In this document: positions 52,297-64,000 of the stretch, piece by piece
How the letters are laid out: each line of letters opens with the position of its first letter
How positions within the stretch are numbered: position 1 is the stretch's first letter
Origin: Octopus vulgaris
Taxonomy: Eukaryota
Assembly (NCBI GenBank): GCA_951406725.2
Contig: OX597817.1
Location: forward strand, 116,994,001 to 117,058,000
Reading direction: 5' to 3'
DNA length: 64,000 bases
Notes under the pieces: model-generated
Seen by the model: only the letters and a program-made list of their open reading frames with translations
Databases searched by the model: none
Told to the model about the DNA's origin: nothing
Translations under genes and position numbers: made by a program

Positions 52297-53424
52297 AGGT
52301 TAGTTGTGTTAGAGATTAAAATAATCGTCTAAAGGATAGAGGTTCATACCAGTATATTACCTACATTTAACCATGGGCAAACATATTACGTTCATAAGTT
52401 ATATGTAAAGACAAGGATAAACACGCGATTAAATTTCAATTGACCAATTACATCGAACTTTGAACCTTGGCCTATCTCACTTCGGACAACAGGTGGAAGG
52501 GCTTAATCACCTACTGGTAAATAAATAGATTGCATTTAAACGATAAACACTTTATTATGATTAATTCTCTTAATTAGTACTACAAACAAAACTATTATAA
52601 ATTATTATAATTAATATAAAATCTTACTGTATCTACACTCCTTCTCTGACTAATACCTATTGGCGTATCCCAATATTATTTTATTTATTATTATTTTCCC
52701 ATCCTCTCCTCCATCCTGTATAAAAAGGTGTACTCTACCAATTGTTATTTTGTTTTAGTCTTTTACTTAACGGCCTAAAGAGACAGACAAGAAAAAATGG
52801 TATGATTACAAAAAATATTCAACTTTACCCTTTTCCTTCTCTTTGTACTACGCTATATATTCTTCACTCCTTGTCTTAGATCGGCTTTATTACCAAATAT
52901 GATTAATATTTTTACATATTTTGAATATCAATGGCAATACCGTATAGCATTTGAAGCACAAACAGCTGTTAGATGGGATGTAGTCTATTTGCATTGAATT
53001 AATAAATAATAGTTGATGTAAGTGAATTGGTGTTAATCAGTACTTCTTAGAGTTTTGGACAGTTACACTTGAGACTGTTCGATCTGGTTGCTTATCTAAA
53101 AGTCTAAGCTAAGAGCATTACATTTTTTTGGAAGAAAGCAAGCGAATGTGTACGACAACAAAGGCAAACAAACTGAGAATTTGCAAATACAAACAAGAAT
53201 ATAACAACCGGTGTCTTTCGACGGGGGACGAATCAAAATGAACTGGCGTGTATAAAGTGAAAGCCATAAGGCAGGAACATAGGAGATGGACATAAGAGGT
53301 CTTAGCGGTCTGCAGTCAAACCAAGAAAGATCATGGCTGGCCGAATACCGGTCACGTAGAAGCAGGAGAGCGGGTTAGAGGGTAGGAGGCATGTACGATT
53401 CATTTACTCACTCACTCACTCACT

Positions 53425-53473
<49 letters not shown>

Positions 53474-56429
53474 GTGAATTGCTGTGATTTTTGCTACTAA
53501 GGTATCGGTTAAACTTTTGATTAATCTACTACAAGATTATTCATCTTTCTATTTCACATTATATATATATATATATATAATACATGATTCAGTCGTAAGA
53601 AGACGGCCATACCAGAGAACTACGTTGAACAAATCGACTCCAGTAATTATTTGACTGAAGTTTTAAATTATTGAGAAATATGTGACATGTGACGTAACCC
53701 TTGAGGTCGTTTTACGTTTCCTGTACGTGAAAGATCTCTATACCCCTGTCATTCAGAAGCATAGTAGACCAAAACCAAAATGGTTTCTCTATTATAGAAA
53801 GATTTAGCAGACACCACGGAGTTCGAACTAAGGTGATGTAGTGATACCTCTCAACGATGGCAAATGCAAAACAGAAGCATGTCCACAAAGTGCCTCTTAA
53901 TACCATTTGGTAGGATGAAGCTTCCATACAAACCACAGCCTACCAGACGTAGAATCCTTCCTATAGTCATTTTGTAGGATTTCGCCAGTTGCTGGCGGGA
54001 ATATGGTACGGATATTGTTTGGTTGCGTAATTGTGGGTAATACAGGGTGCGATGTTAGAAGCAATGTCATCTATAAATGTATAGGTAACAGAGAACTATT
54101 TCAGGGAATGTTTTCCTCGCAACATATACACTTCTTGAGATGCAAGAACATAAATCTCCTTGACCTGCTTCATATGGAAACGCTGAGCTCATTGTATCTA
54201 TTTACAGAACATGCACTGGATCATAGTCGAAAACACCTCGCCTTATTTCTCCGGAATTCACATTTGTCAACTCTGCTTTTGTGAAAGACTGCACTTACCA
54301 AGAGACTACTCTATCCATTATAAGAGAGATATTTCATATTGTCGTCATAGATGTTCTAATTTTATTTCAAATCATTGATGTTTGATAATCCAAATTGTGC
54401 TCCCTAGAACATGTCATTTGCTATGCACACACCACTGATTTTACCGTCTTCCATTCCTCCAAATAAATTAACCAATCTACGCCAAACACCATACATCGAT
54501 GCATAAATTACATCATTTTACCTTCTTTGTATCAGATTATGGTTTGTTGTGATGGAATTTATGTTTCGTTTATGTATTCGATTATTCGTCAGTCTGTTCT
54601 AAGTGTGGTATGCACTTATTTGATGTTTATAATACATTCTGTGCAAAATATATATAATTTCTGAAGAGGCATTTTCTAATGCATTTAATGTTTTGTACTT
54701 CTGTCTAATTAAAGAAATCCACATAATCTACAGAAAGAAAAAGAAAACGCTTATTAACTTGTTCAAACAGGTGAGTAGACGAAATCACTTATGATCATAC
54801 ATAGAAAACACTGATTACAGTGTAGTTAACTTAAAGATGACGACCTCATTGCTATATACTATATAAATGCTTAAGTGTCACATAGGTTAAAATCCCTTCG
54901 GGTTATTTAGTATTTTCAAATACAGATTACTTGTAATATATACTTAAGCTTGTTGCTTTCAGAAATCAATAAACACAACACATTTCAGAAAACATGTGAA
55001 GTGTCAGAGCACATAGGTATTAATTCAAACGAGACTGCTGCCATTATTCAGCTTTTAGTGAAACATTTTACCATATAGTTACTTATTTATTGCATTTGAT
55101 ATATTTCCTTTGAAGAAAGCGACCACTTATTACAATGAAGTTGTAACCAATGTGTTGTATTAGATTATTTATATAAATACTAATACCCATTGCCAGACGC
55201 GGGAGAAAATACAAGAGGCCAAGTCATTTAATTTAATACTTCATTCAGTATTTTTCTGAGCGCAAGTAACTACATGCATTTAAAAAATTCTTCAGCAGAG
55301 AAATTTGTGTAATATATCTCATTTGATGGGCATATTTTTCAATTATGTTATAGCAAGCGCCAATGTTGGTTATAAAAATCTAAAAGAGCCCACGTCATCG
55401 AGTTATTTTAGCTCCTACACTAACAGTGAATTAAACAACTTGCCTTAATTTTACGAATGGATTCACAACTTATAATATAGAAACTCAATTGATACAAGAT
55501 ATCTGAAATTACACTTAGAATGAGAATCAATAAACATGAATTCGGTTTCAGGAATCCTAAATCACAGACATTTTTTGAAATGTGTAGATGAAGTATAAAA
55601 ATATCAGAAACTCTAACACAAGCTGGTTAGTCTTAGGTAATATCGAATTATGTAATACGTGGACCTGTAATTGTATTGTAAATTCAGTCTTAAATGCCCT
55701 AAAGCATAGTTGAGACAGAGCTCACAAATACATACATTAAAGAATATATTATTTGCGCGGGTAAATATCCCTTATCAAATGTGTATGGACTTGTGATCCT
55801 CGTAAATAGTTTTCTGGGAGAAATTATATAAACGTGCCCAACGCGGATCTTTTACTATCCGGAAAACGGGAACGTGAAACTGAGTAACAGATTTTGTGAT
55901 ATAATTGCTGCTTTTTAATAAAGCATATTGCTCTACTTCTGGTATTCGAGTAATATTCTTTCCACCTTGTTTCGCATTTCTGTGCTTATTCTGGTATATA
56001 TATATATACATATACACATATAAATATATATACTTGTAAGAGGATGCGTCGCGTTCAATCATATAACATTAACTTTATAAATAATATATGTACTTTCGAT
56101 AAAACATTTGCTCCCACAAAGCAAATTAAATAAAATTTGGGATTTGCGGTGGGTCAACATTGGCAACACAAGCAGAAGAGTAAAAACAAACAGGAAGGGC
56201 TGCTAAGACTCAACGAGATTGTGGTGGCGAACGCGTACAGACAAGAAGAAGTCTTCATTGTTCCAGCTACTATGGAGAGAAAGATAGAAACACAGGTTAG
56301 GAGAAGAAAGAAAGATGACCAATGGTCACATTTGAGCCACGTGTGCAAAGGAGGAGGAGTAAAGAAGATAGAGTTATGTGGGCATAGGACATCACGAAAC
56401 GTATATATATATATATATATATATAATAT

Positions 56430-57101
56430 GACAGAGAAAGTTGCCATAGTGATTCCTGTTCGCAGCCTTAAGAAAAGTTGCAGAAAGTTATGGAGAGGAG
56501 TGTATGAGCGCCATACAAGTATGCAGTATGTTCAGAGGTTTTCAAGATTGTAAAAAAATATCGACAGTGACGAAAGTTCTGGGAGACCGCCCACCAGCAT
56601 AAGAGAAACATCGCAGATGTGCGTACAGAGATGATGGGAAATCGTGGAATTCTCATCGATGTGTTAATTGAGGATGTGCAGATTAGTTACGGTCCACTTC
56701 AGTCAATTATCACTGAAGATTTGGGCATGAGTCTTGTGTCTGCAAAGTTTGGGCCGAGATTGCTTTCAGCTGATAAAAAATACACTTGGGTCTCAGTTGC
56801 ACAATATCTCCTTGATTCTGGCGAGAACGATGAAAACGTTTTGAAACCTTTATGTAGGCCTCTGAGCAGGTATCGCCAAGCATTTGGTAAAATTTGATGC
56901 AGCTTTTCTATCCTAATCAATGCGACCATCACATGTTACACATATTCCCTCCAGGTACTGCTGTAAACACCAGAAGTGAGCTAGAGCGTTAAAACTTAGT
57001 GCGCAGAGTTCAAGTTCAATCTGTACCAAGCGGCTTTACACTACGTGCTTTAGCTTAGGTACTATAAGAATAGCCGAGATACTTATTGATCAGACCACAT
57101 A
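56430..57101 (+). mobile_element. Internally deleted mariner (N-terminal transposase remnant)
   Basis: SSGRP...IADVR...ISYGPLQSIITEDLGMSLVSAKFGPRLL (cf. the WVPRLL motif). TIR-like TACTTATTGATCAGACC near 57080-57096. Confidence 0.7.
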
Positions 57102-57599
57102 CCAAAAAAGTAAGATTAATAAAAAATAACTTTTTAGAGAGTAGAATGGTACTAACCTTTAGGAAAGAACTTCACAAATTTTGTGTAGGCGTTAATAAAT
57201 GTGCAAGCGCTTTCAGTTCTGAACGTTATCAAGCACGTGTTATGTATATCGTATACAGCGGAAGTTGTTTAAGGTAAAGTTGTTGATTATTTCAGGTTTA
57301 AGCAAAAGCCAAATTAACCAGCCGAGTAAATGTGCGCAAACACCAAGGAAAATATCCCTCACTTAGATACATACTATGCCGCGCGGACTTAGGCACCTGC
57401 GCACAAGGAAAATGCATAATATTCCCAATTTATAAAATAAATGAAGAAAACGACCTACATCGAAAAGCAAAAGAATATTTTATGAGGTTTCTGAATCTGA
57501 AATTAAACTGAAAATAATCAACAACTTTACCTGAAAAAATTCCCTTATAAACAGTAGCTATAACACGTGCTTGATGACTTTGATAACTGAAAGCGCTTG

Positions 57600-58707
57600 C
57601 ACGTATATTAATGCTTATACAGAATTTGTTAAATTCCTTCTAAAGATCAACTTTTACTGTCATAAACTCTCCGAATGCTTCAATTTCCCCTTCTCTATTT
57701 AAGAATGTTTTATTGCTCGTGAAAAGCTCAGAATGCTGAAATAAGTGCCGATCAGTAGTAGAGATATAAGAGGAATAGGGAGAATATTGCAAAATCTCAT
57801 ACCTCAGGATTTGCAACTTTTGGACCATAGTTTGATGAATGTGAGGACGTGCATTGTGGCGGATCAAAATTTGGACATCTCTGTTCGCTAGTCTGGGTCG
57901 CTTCTTTTTCAAATTCTTATGCTGTTACAGTTTTTCCTGTCTACAAAAATGAATAATGAATAACTTCCTTCGCAGACCACCATACAGTGACCATTAAGTT
58001 TTAAGGGCGCAATGGTGGGTTTGGGGAGTGTTTAGGTGATTCTCCTGCGTCTAATCACTGGCCTGTTCCCCTACTGTTGACAAAGAGTATCTATTTCTCA
58101 TCACAAGTAATGATTTGATGCAAAAATTGTCTTTTCCAGTCGAGAAAGCAATAAGGAGCACACTTCGTGGTGTCAGATTTTTTGAATTTCATTCAGTTGA
58201 TGTCAAACAGACCTATCTGTTTTCTTGGGTTTTCCAAGTTTTTACTGGTGTCCAAAAACAATTGTGCGAGATGTTTGGAGTTCTGATGAAAGCTTACGAA
58301 CCCGTGTTCTCGGATTTTGTTCAACCAAAGCATTTAAATCCATCATGCCGAATAACTGATTTTGGCCTACCCCTTGGCTTATTTTAAAAGCCATCATCTC
58401 CTGAACGAAAGCTTTAGAACCATCTCTGAACAGTTCTGATGTCAACAAAACCATTAGCAAAGGCCCGCTTGATATTCCGTAGGGCTTCTGCGGTAGAGTG
58501 ACCCAGTGTGTACTCATACGAGCAAATCACTCATCATAGTTTGGTTGTAATCATTTCATAAGGTCTGTGGGTACAAATTTTGTATACCAATATATTTTGG
58601 AAAGAAAAAGAGTGAAGATTAAATGCAAGGTTATACATAATTGAGTTTTTTAATGACTGAAATAACAAGTAATTCAAAATGCGGCATTTAATGTGAAACA
58701 ACCTAAT
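57600..58707 (-). mobile_element. Degraded mariner element
   Basis: RHNARPH...PYSSYISTTDRHLF (57640-57912) and ALVEQNPR (58242-58517). TIR-like TATTAGGTTGTTTCAC at the right end. Confidence 0.8.
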
Positions 58708-58732
58708 ATATATGTATATAGACAGACATAAC

Positions 58733-58890
<158 letters not shown>

Positions 58891-59509
58891 TTGCGATTAG
58901 AGGGAATATTAAAGCTGATTTGAACTACTACTAATGGTTTATGGTGGCTTCTATTTTTGTCATTTATGTATCTGTATTTACGCTATTGTCTTTGATTTAT
59001 CGAGTTCAACGTAAGTTTTTGTTCAGTAAACAAGGAAGACTTAGAGTGCTAGACTCGTTAGCATATAATATTAGTCTCATTCTCACTTCTTCTGAGTCTA
59101 AGTCTACTTCAGCAACTTTTACCTGTTTTACCAATATATTATGAACCGAGGTTAGTTCAATCGATTACACTCCTTCAGTTCATCTTTTATTTCATATCGA
59201 TGTGCCTGAGATGAAGAATATTCTAACAAGTAAGAGGAAGAGGAGAAATCTATATAGACACGAATTTGCTGTTTCAATGTTGTTTTCAAATACTCATGTA
59301 TGAGTAGATAACTTATAAATATTCTACGAATATATTTCATATTAGATGAATAAGTTGCTTCTATATAAACAACGAATGCGTTTGAACAACTTTGAAGCGT
59401 TCCGAATATAGAAGCTTAACTGATGTCTGACCACCATTTGCCAACAACCAAATATGACCTATACAGATAATGCAATATGCAATAATTTCTGCATATATTT
59501 CTGTATAAA

Positions 59510-59938
59510 TATTGGTTTCGAATTGCGACACAAGGCCGGCAATTTCGGGGCAGGAATTTAGTCAATTACACCGACTCCAGTACTCAAACTGGTGCTCATA
59601 TTATTGACTCCAAAAGGATGAAAAGCAAAAGTCCGCCACGCGGTATATGATTTTAAAACGTATAGACGGTCGAAATCTCACTAAGCAAATTTTCCGGATT
59701 GCTAACAATTCTGCCAGCTAGGTGCCTTATCTCCCTGTAAATATTGATTTAAAATTTTAGCACAAAACCAGCAAAGTCAGTCGAATACATCGGCCCCGGT
59801 GTTGAACTGGTACTTTCTTATCGAACCCGAAAGGATGAAAGGCAAAGTCGACCTCAGAAGTGGAACTTTGAACGTAAAGACGAGTAAAATACCGCTAAGC
59901 ATCTTACTTAACGTGTTAATGATTCTGCCAGCTCACCG
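59510..59938 (-). mobile_element. Head-to-tail pair of SINEs (59510-59727, 59746-59938)
   Basis: Both contain AAAGGATGAAA.GCAAA.GTC, CTAAGCA and ATTCTGCCAGCT. Confidence 0.85.
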
Positions 59939-62900
59939 TTTTTTTATCTCCCTATCAACCTTGATAAAATTAATGAACGCTTTTCTACCGCTGTCTGCAC
60001 TGTTATTGAGATAAATATTAATAATCTAATACTTAGTTTTGAGGCCTCCACATTCTTAAATATTAAATGAGGTCATTCGATAATGAAGGTCTAAATACAT
60101 TGCTTGGAGAATAAAATACAGGAGATCATTATCGGTATACATCTGATCACATTCTTACTAAATTTTGGCTGCGCGTTTGGTATGGATGCAATAATTGCCT
60201 GTTATAATTTACCAAATGCTGCTTCACTAATTTTATCTTTTCTGTCAACATAACTCCAACCGGAGCTTTAACCAATGAATAACGGTCGTTGATTATACAG
60301 CTTTCCTTGAATAAGCATGTATATAATTTCGAATCTTGCTGATTTGAGTAAGGGAAATATTGTGCATTACAATTGTAGGGTTACACTGCGGTGAACAAAA
60401 AACACATTATAGATTTATTCATTACTATGATGTGTTGTATATACCATAATAGTAATCTTTTAGGGATCTGTACCAGCAAAAATATCTGGTACGTACAGTG
60501 AGATTACACAAACTTTTAAGAGTTCAGCTGCGTGTGAATTCAACCAACTGGTAATCCGATAAATAAATATAAACAGATAAATTTTATTTACATATATCAT
60601 ACATGTACTGGATTACTTTAGTTTGCAATTTTGAAAAATAAATTATACATTTTTACGCAAATACTATTTTTATTTCTTTTAAAAATATTCGCAGTTTGAA
60701 AGTTTAACCTCTCATTTTAGAAAATATTAATCAAATATATTTCAAAGACTGGGTTTATATTCAATCATCAAAGGAGTTTTGGAAAAATCTTATCCTGGCT
60801 GAATTTTTTATTTTCGTTCCTCCAAAGAAATTTAATTATTTATATGATCTCAGAAAATAGATATTTCATGAGATATACTAGATGAGATTCTATAAACCTA
60901 AATAAATTCCAACGTTTAATCTATTTTGCCTTTTCGGAAATTTTATTCTTAAAAATGAACAAACAAATGAATAAAATAAGATATAAATACCACTTTACCA
61001 CGATTTAATAATTTCCATTTTAAGAACCTCTGGGAATTTGGTGAAGATAGGATCTTGAGAATAATTTATTGTTTCATAATTTTCCTTATATTTCTTTGAA
61101 AGAATTTTGTAAAATTATGTGTGTGTTTGTGTGTGAGTGTATGTGTGTAGGTGGTTGTTTGGTTAGGTGTGCATATGTATGTAATATATATTACCCGCAT
61201 ATTTATGACTATTCATATCCAAAAATGTATTCGATTTTGCAGTAAAATTATGCCCATGAGCGATTATCTATCTTCCTCTGCACTTTCAGTCAATCATTCT
61301 ATATATGTATGTTTTTTGGTCTAATGTATGATGCTTTTCTCACATTTATTCCGCATAGCCACGATAAAGCCTATTCCCACCCCTCTATTTTAGCGTATCC
61401 CCGCTCTAAAATCATTCTCATATTTTACATAGCTGCACAGGGACACATGTGCGTATAGTTATATGTTATCTATACATATGTATGCCAATGTGTATAAAAT
61501 TAGCGATTTTACATACATATATACGTAAATACACACGTAAATACATACATACATGTGTGTTTGTGTGTGCGTGTAATTAGTTCCTTTCCCTTTGATGAAT
61601 TAGGCTTACTATTTGGCTTTTCATAAGCCTTCCTCAAAGCTATGATTTATGACTTGCCTCTACACGGTTGATTCTGAGTATAACTCTTTCAATTTTTTAC
61701 TATATATTCTTCTTTCTTTACTTTATTCTTCTTCTATATTTACAGCCCTTGTATTCCCTTTCACTTTGCTTACATCTTATCGCAATATATCTCAGACCTT
61801 TGTTTAATCAACATTTTGATTTCGCCATCACTAATCTCCATTTTCTTCGTGTTTTTTAATGATGTACTTAAGCCCTTAAATAATACTCTACCACTAGGTA
61901 AGTCATGTTTTTGATACGCATATTTACGAAGAAAAAGTTAGGCAGTTCAATAATTCTGGCTTGGTTCAATGATTCACGCTTATGTATTCATAAACAAATC
62001 AACTCATTTTGTAACTATTACTGTAACAGTATGCACATCTCTTTGCGTAACACGCATTACTACCTCATACCATCCCTGGATGTTTGAAAGAGCTGTAAAG
62101 AACTACCTAGAAACATATTTTCTTTCGAGGGTTAGAGTTATGTTAATGTTCATATTACATCTTGTGTAAATGCTATAAATGATTTAATGTCATCTATACG
62201 TGTCTCTGCATCCTTTAATGTTTATAGGAAACTCTACCTATAAATTCCTTATAGCCAACTCTTGATCTGAGGAATTAATTTTATCCCGATTCAGAGATTG
62301 GATTCTTAGAGTTTAGACCTTTTCAAGGAGTAGTCAAGTTTTTTTTTAAATATATAATAGAAACAGAAGCGGAATTGATAGCTAAAAGTAATTTAATCCC
62401 GCTTAAAAGTGGATGTAGAATTTAAACACTGAGTACGGTATTATTTAGTATGACCGAACCTCTCATATGGAGTTGCGGTGCATTTAAGCACTCATGTATA
62501 TATTGCTAGCAGGGGATAATTGTCTGCTTTCGCAGCCGTGATTACCAGATCACGTCATTTCGGCCTTCTTTAGCCTTGCCGATGGCAGGCGCCCCTGACT
62601 ACAAATATGAGCGATTCCTCCGTCAGTGATATACATAGATTCTCAGTGCCTATTCCGGCACTTGTGCCGCAAATAGCTAGTGGGCTTATCAAAACATAAT
62701 TAATAGTGACAGAAGCAGTATTAAATACAAAAACCTCATATTTATCACCACTTAAAAGTTGGGTTTGTCTTAAAACACAAGATGCTGTATTATTTAATAT
62801 GGACTTGTGGGACATATAAACACTCTTGTTTATACTGCTAGCAGAAAGCGATCGTCTTCTTTCGCCGCAGGGACTACCATACAACGTTATTTTGTCCCTA

Positions 62901-64000
62901 GGGGTTTTCTGTGTGTGTGATCTATCCATGTATTTCTGCATTGAGTTATTGGCGTACAGAAGACCATTGACGACAGCACACCTTTTTCTGCGTTTGATAT
63001 GTTTCTTAACTGTGCAAATTGATTTTATCCAAGAAAATGTATAAAACTTCATAAACGCTTATCTCTTTAGAGTATTTATCATTTGCAGTACACTGTTAAT
63101 TTTAGTATTCTGTTCTTTCTAATTTGATATAAATTATTTCAGTTAAATACATTCAAGCTAATTCCTTATTCTAGAAATAATTCTTTTAAAATCATTGGCA
63201 AAGACTTTACTGTCTTCATCCCAGTCAGACACCAGAGATGTTTACCATCAACCAATAAAGACATGAACTTCCTAAAGGTAAATATTAGATATAATTATGG
63301 CAAGATTCCAATATCCACAGCATTTATTGAACTGATTTTGAACGTAAAGCATATGTACATATAGATTTTTTTCTTTAACTACGGAATCCTGAATTCAATT
63401 GCTAGAATTTCAAAACTAGACTAATATGAAGGACGTACACCTAAGAACATAAGAGATTTAATGTACTTGTACTGTCAATTTTGTATTTTCTAGGTCAGAA
63501 CATCGAATGCTATATCACCCATGCTAAGTACATCGACAACAATATATATAAGAAATATAGCAGTTAAACATCCTAGCACATTTGTAAGAATGGGTTAAGA
63601 TGTTTCTCAATGTATTCCTTCATAGAATATGGTAGTATTTTTCATGATATATATGATAGTATTCTTCAGGCATATATTTGTGTGCACATATGAATGTCTA
63701 CACGTGAGTATAGATCTAATTACAAAGTCTATGGTATATGAGACTACAAAACATATAACATGCACGACACATCATATATTTACACCGATAAACGCACTTT
63801 ATAAATAAGTGTATGTTAGTATCTAATTACGTTACAGGTATTTTGGTATGTGCATGCGTATGTATCTGTGGTTTAATAATTGTGTCGGTGCACGTGTACG
63901 CGTGTACGGGTGTGTACATGTGTATAGATTTCTGTGTGTGAATTCATTTATGTAAATGTCAACGTATTAGAAAAACCGTAGTTATATACATGGCCGTCAG

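Noticed and set aside
54734-54776. Micro-exon with CAG/GTGAGT donor
   Set aside because: An isolated splice-like motif is expected by chance in 64 kb; the acceptor is weak.
62570-63052. 160-aa ORF with a CAV motif (THAP-like?)
   Set aside because: The C2CH signature is incomplete, with no recognisable domain or splice evidence.

Overview
Eukaryotic, AT-rich, microsatellite-dense intergenic or intronic DNA. It is most likely cephalopod (Octopus-like); this is inferred from the tRNA-derived SINE families and the repeat spectrum. No intact host gene is recognisable, and most ORFs in the track are microsatellite read-throughs or transposon fragments. The window is a transposable-element graveyard. 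It holds (1) a 1-13 kb cluster of R4/Dong-clade non-LTR retrotransposons, all on the minus strand and embedded in (TAA)n tracts, plus another copy at 47-50 kb; (2) four distinct Penelope-like elements (PLEs: RT and/or GIY-YIG); (3) a TTAA-flanked piggyBac, several mariners (one full length with a single stop), and MULE, DD37D-like and RTE remnants; (4) SINEs with target-site duplications and a probable solo LTR. The most interesting signals are: a well-formed minimal hammerhead ribozyme with an enlarged helix II at a PLE 3' end (25861-25945, minus), with decayed equivalents at other PLE tails; long Asn-rich inserts inside two PLE ORFs; a ~450-bp fold-back palindrome at a PLE break; a CCAAT/CRE-rich tandem array in a PLE tail; and unclassified non-coding repeats. 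I see no convincing evidence of a wholly new system; the findings are unusual variants of known retroelement biology.
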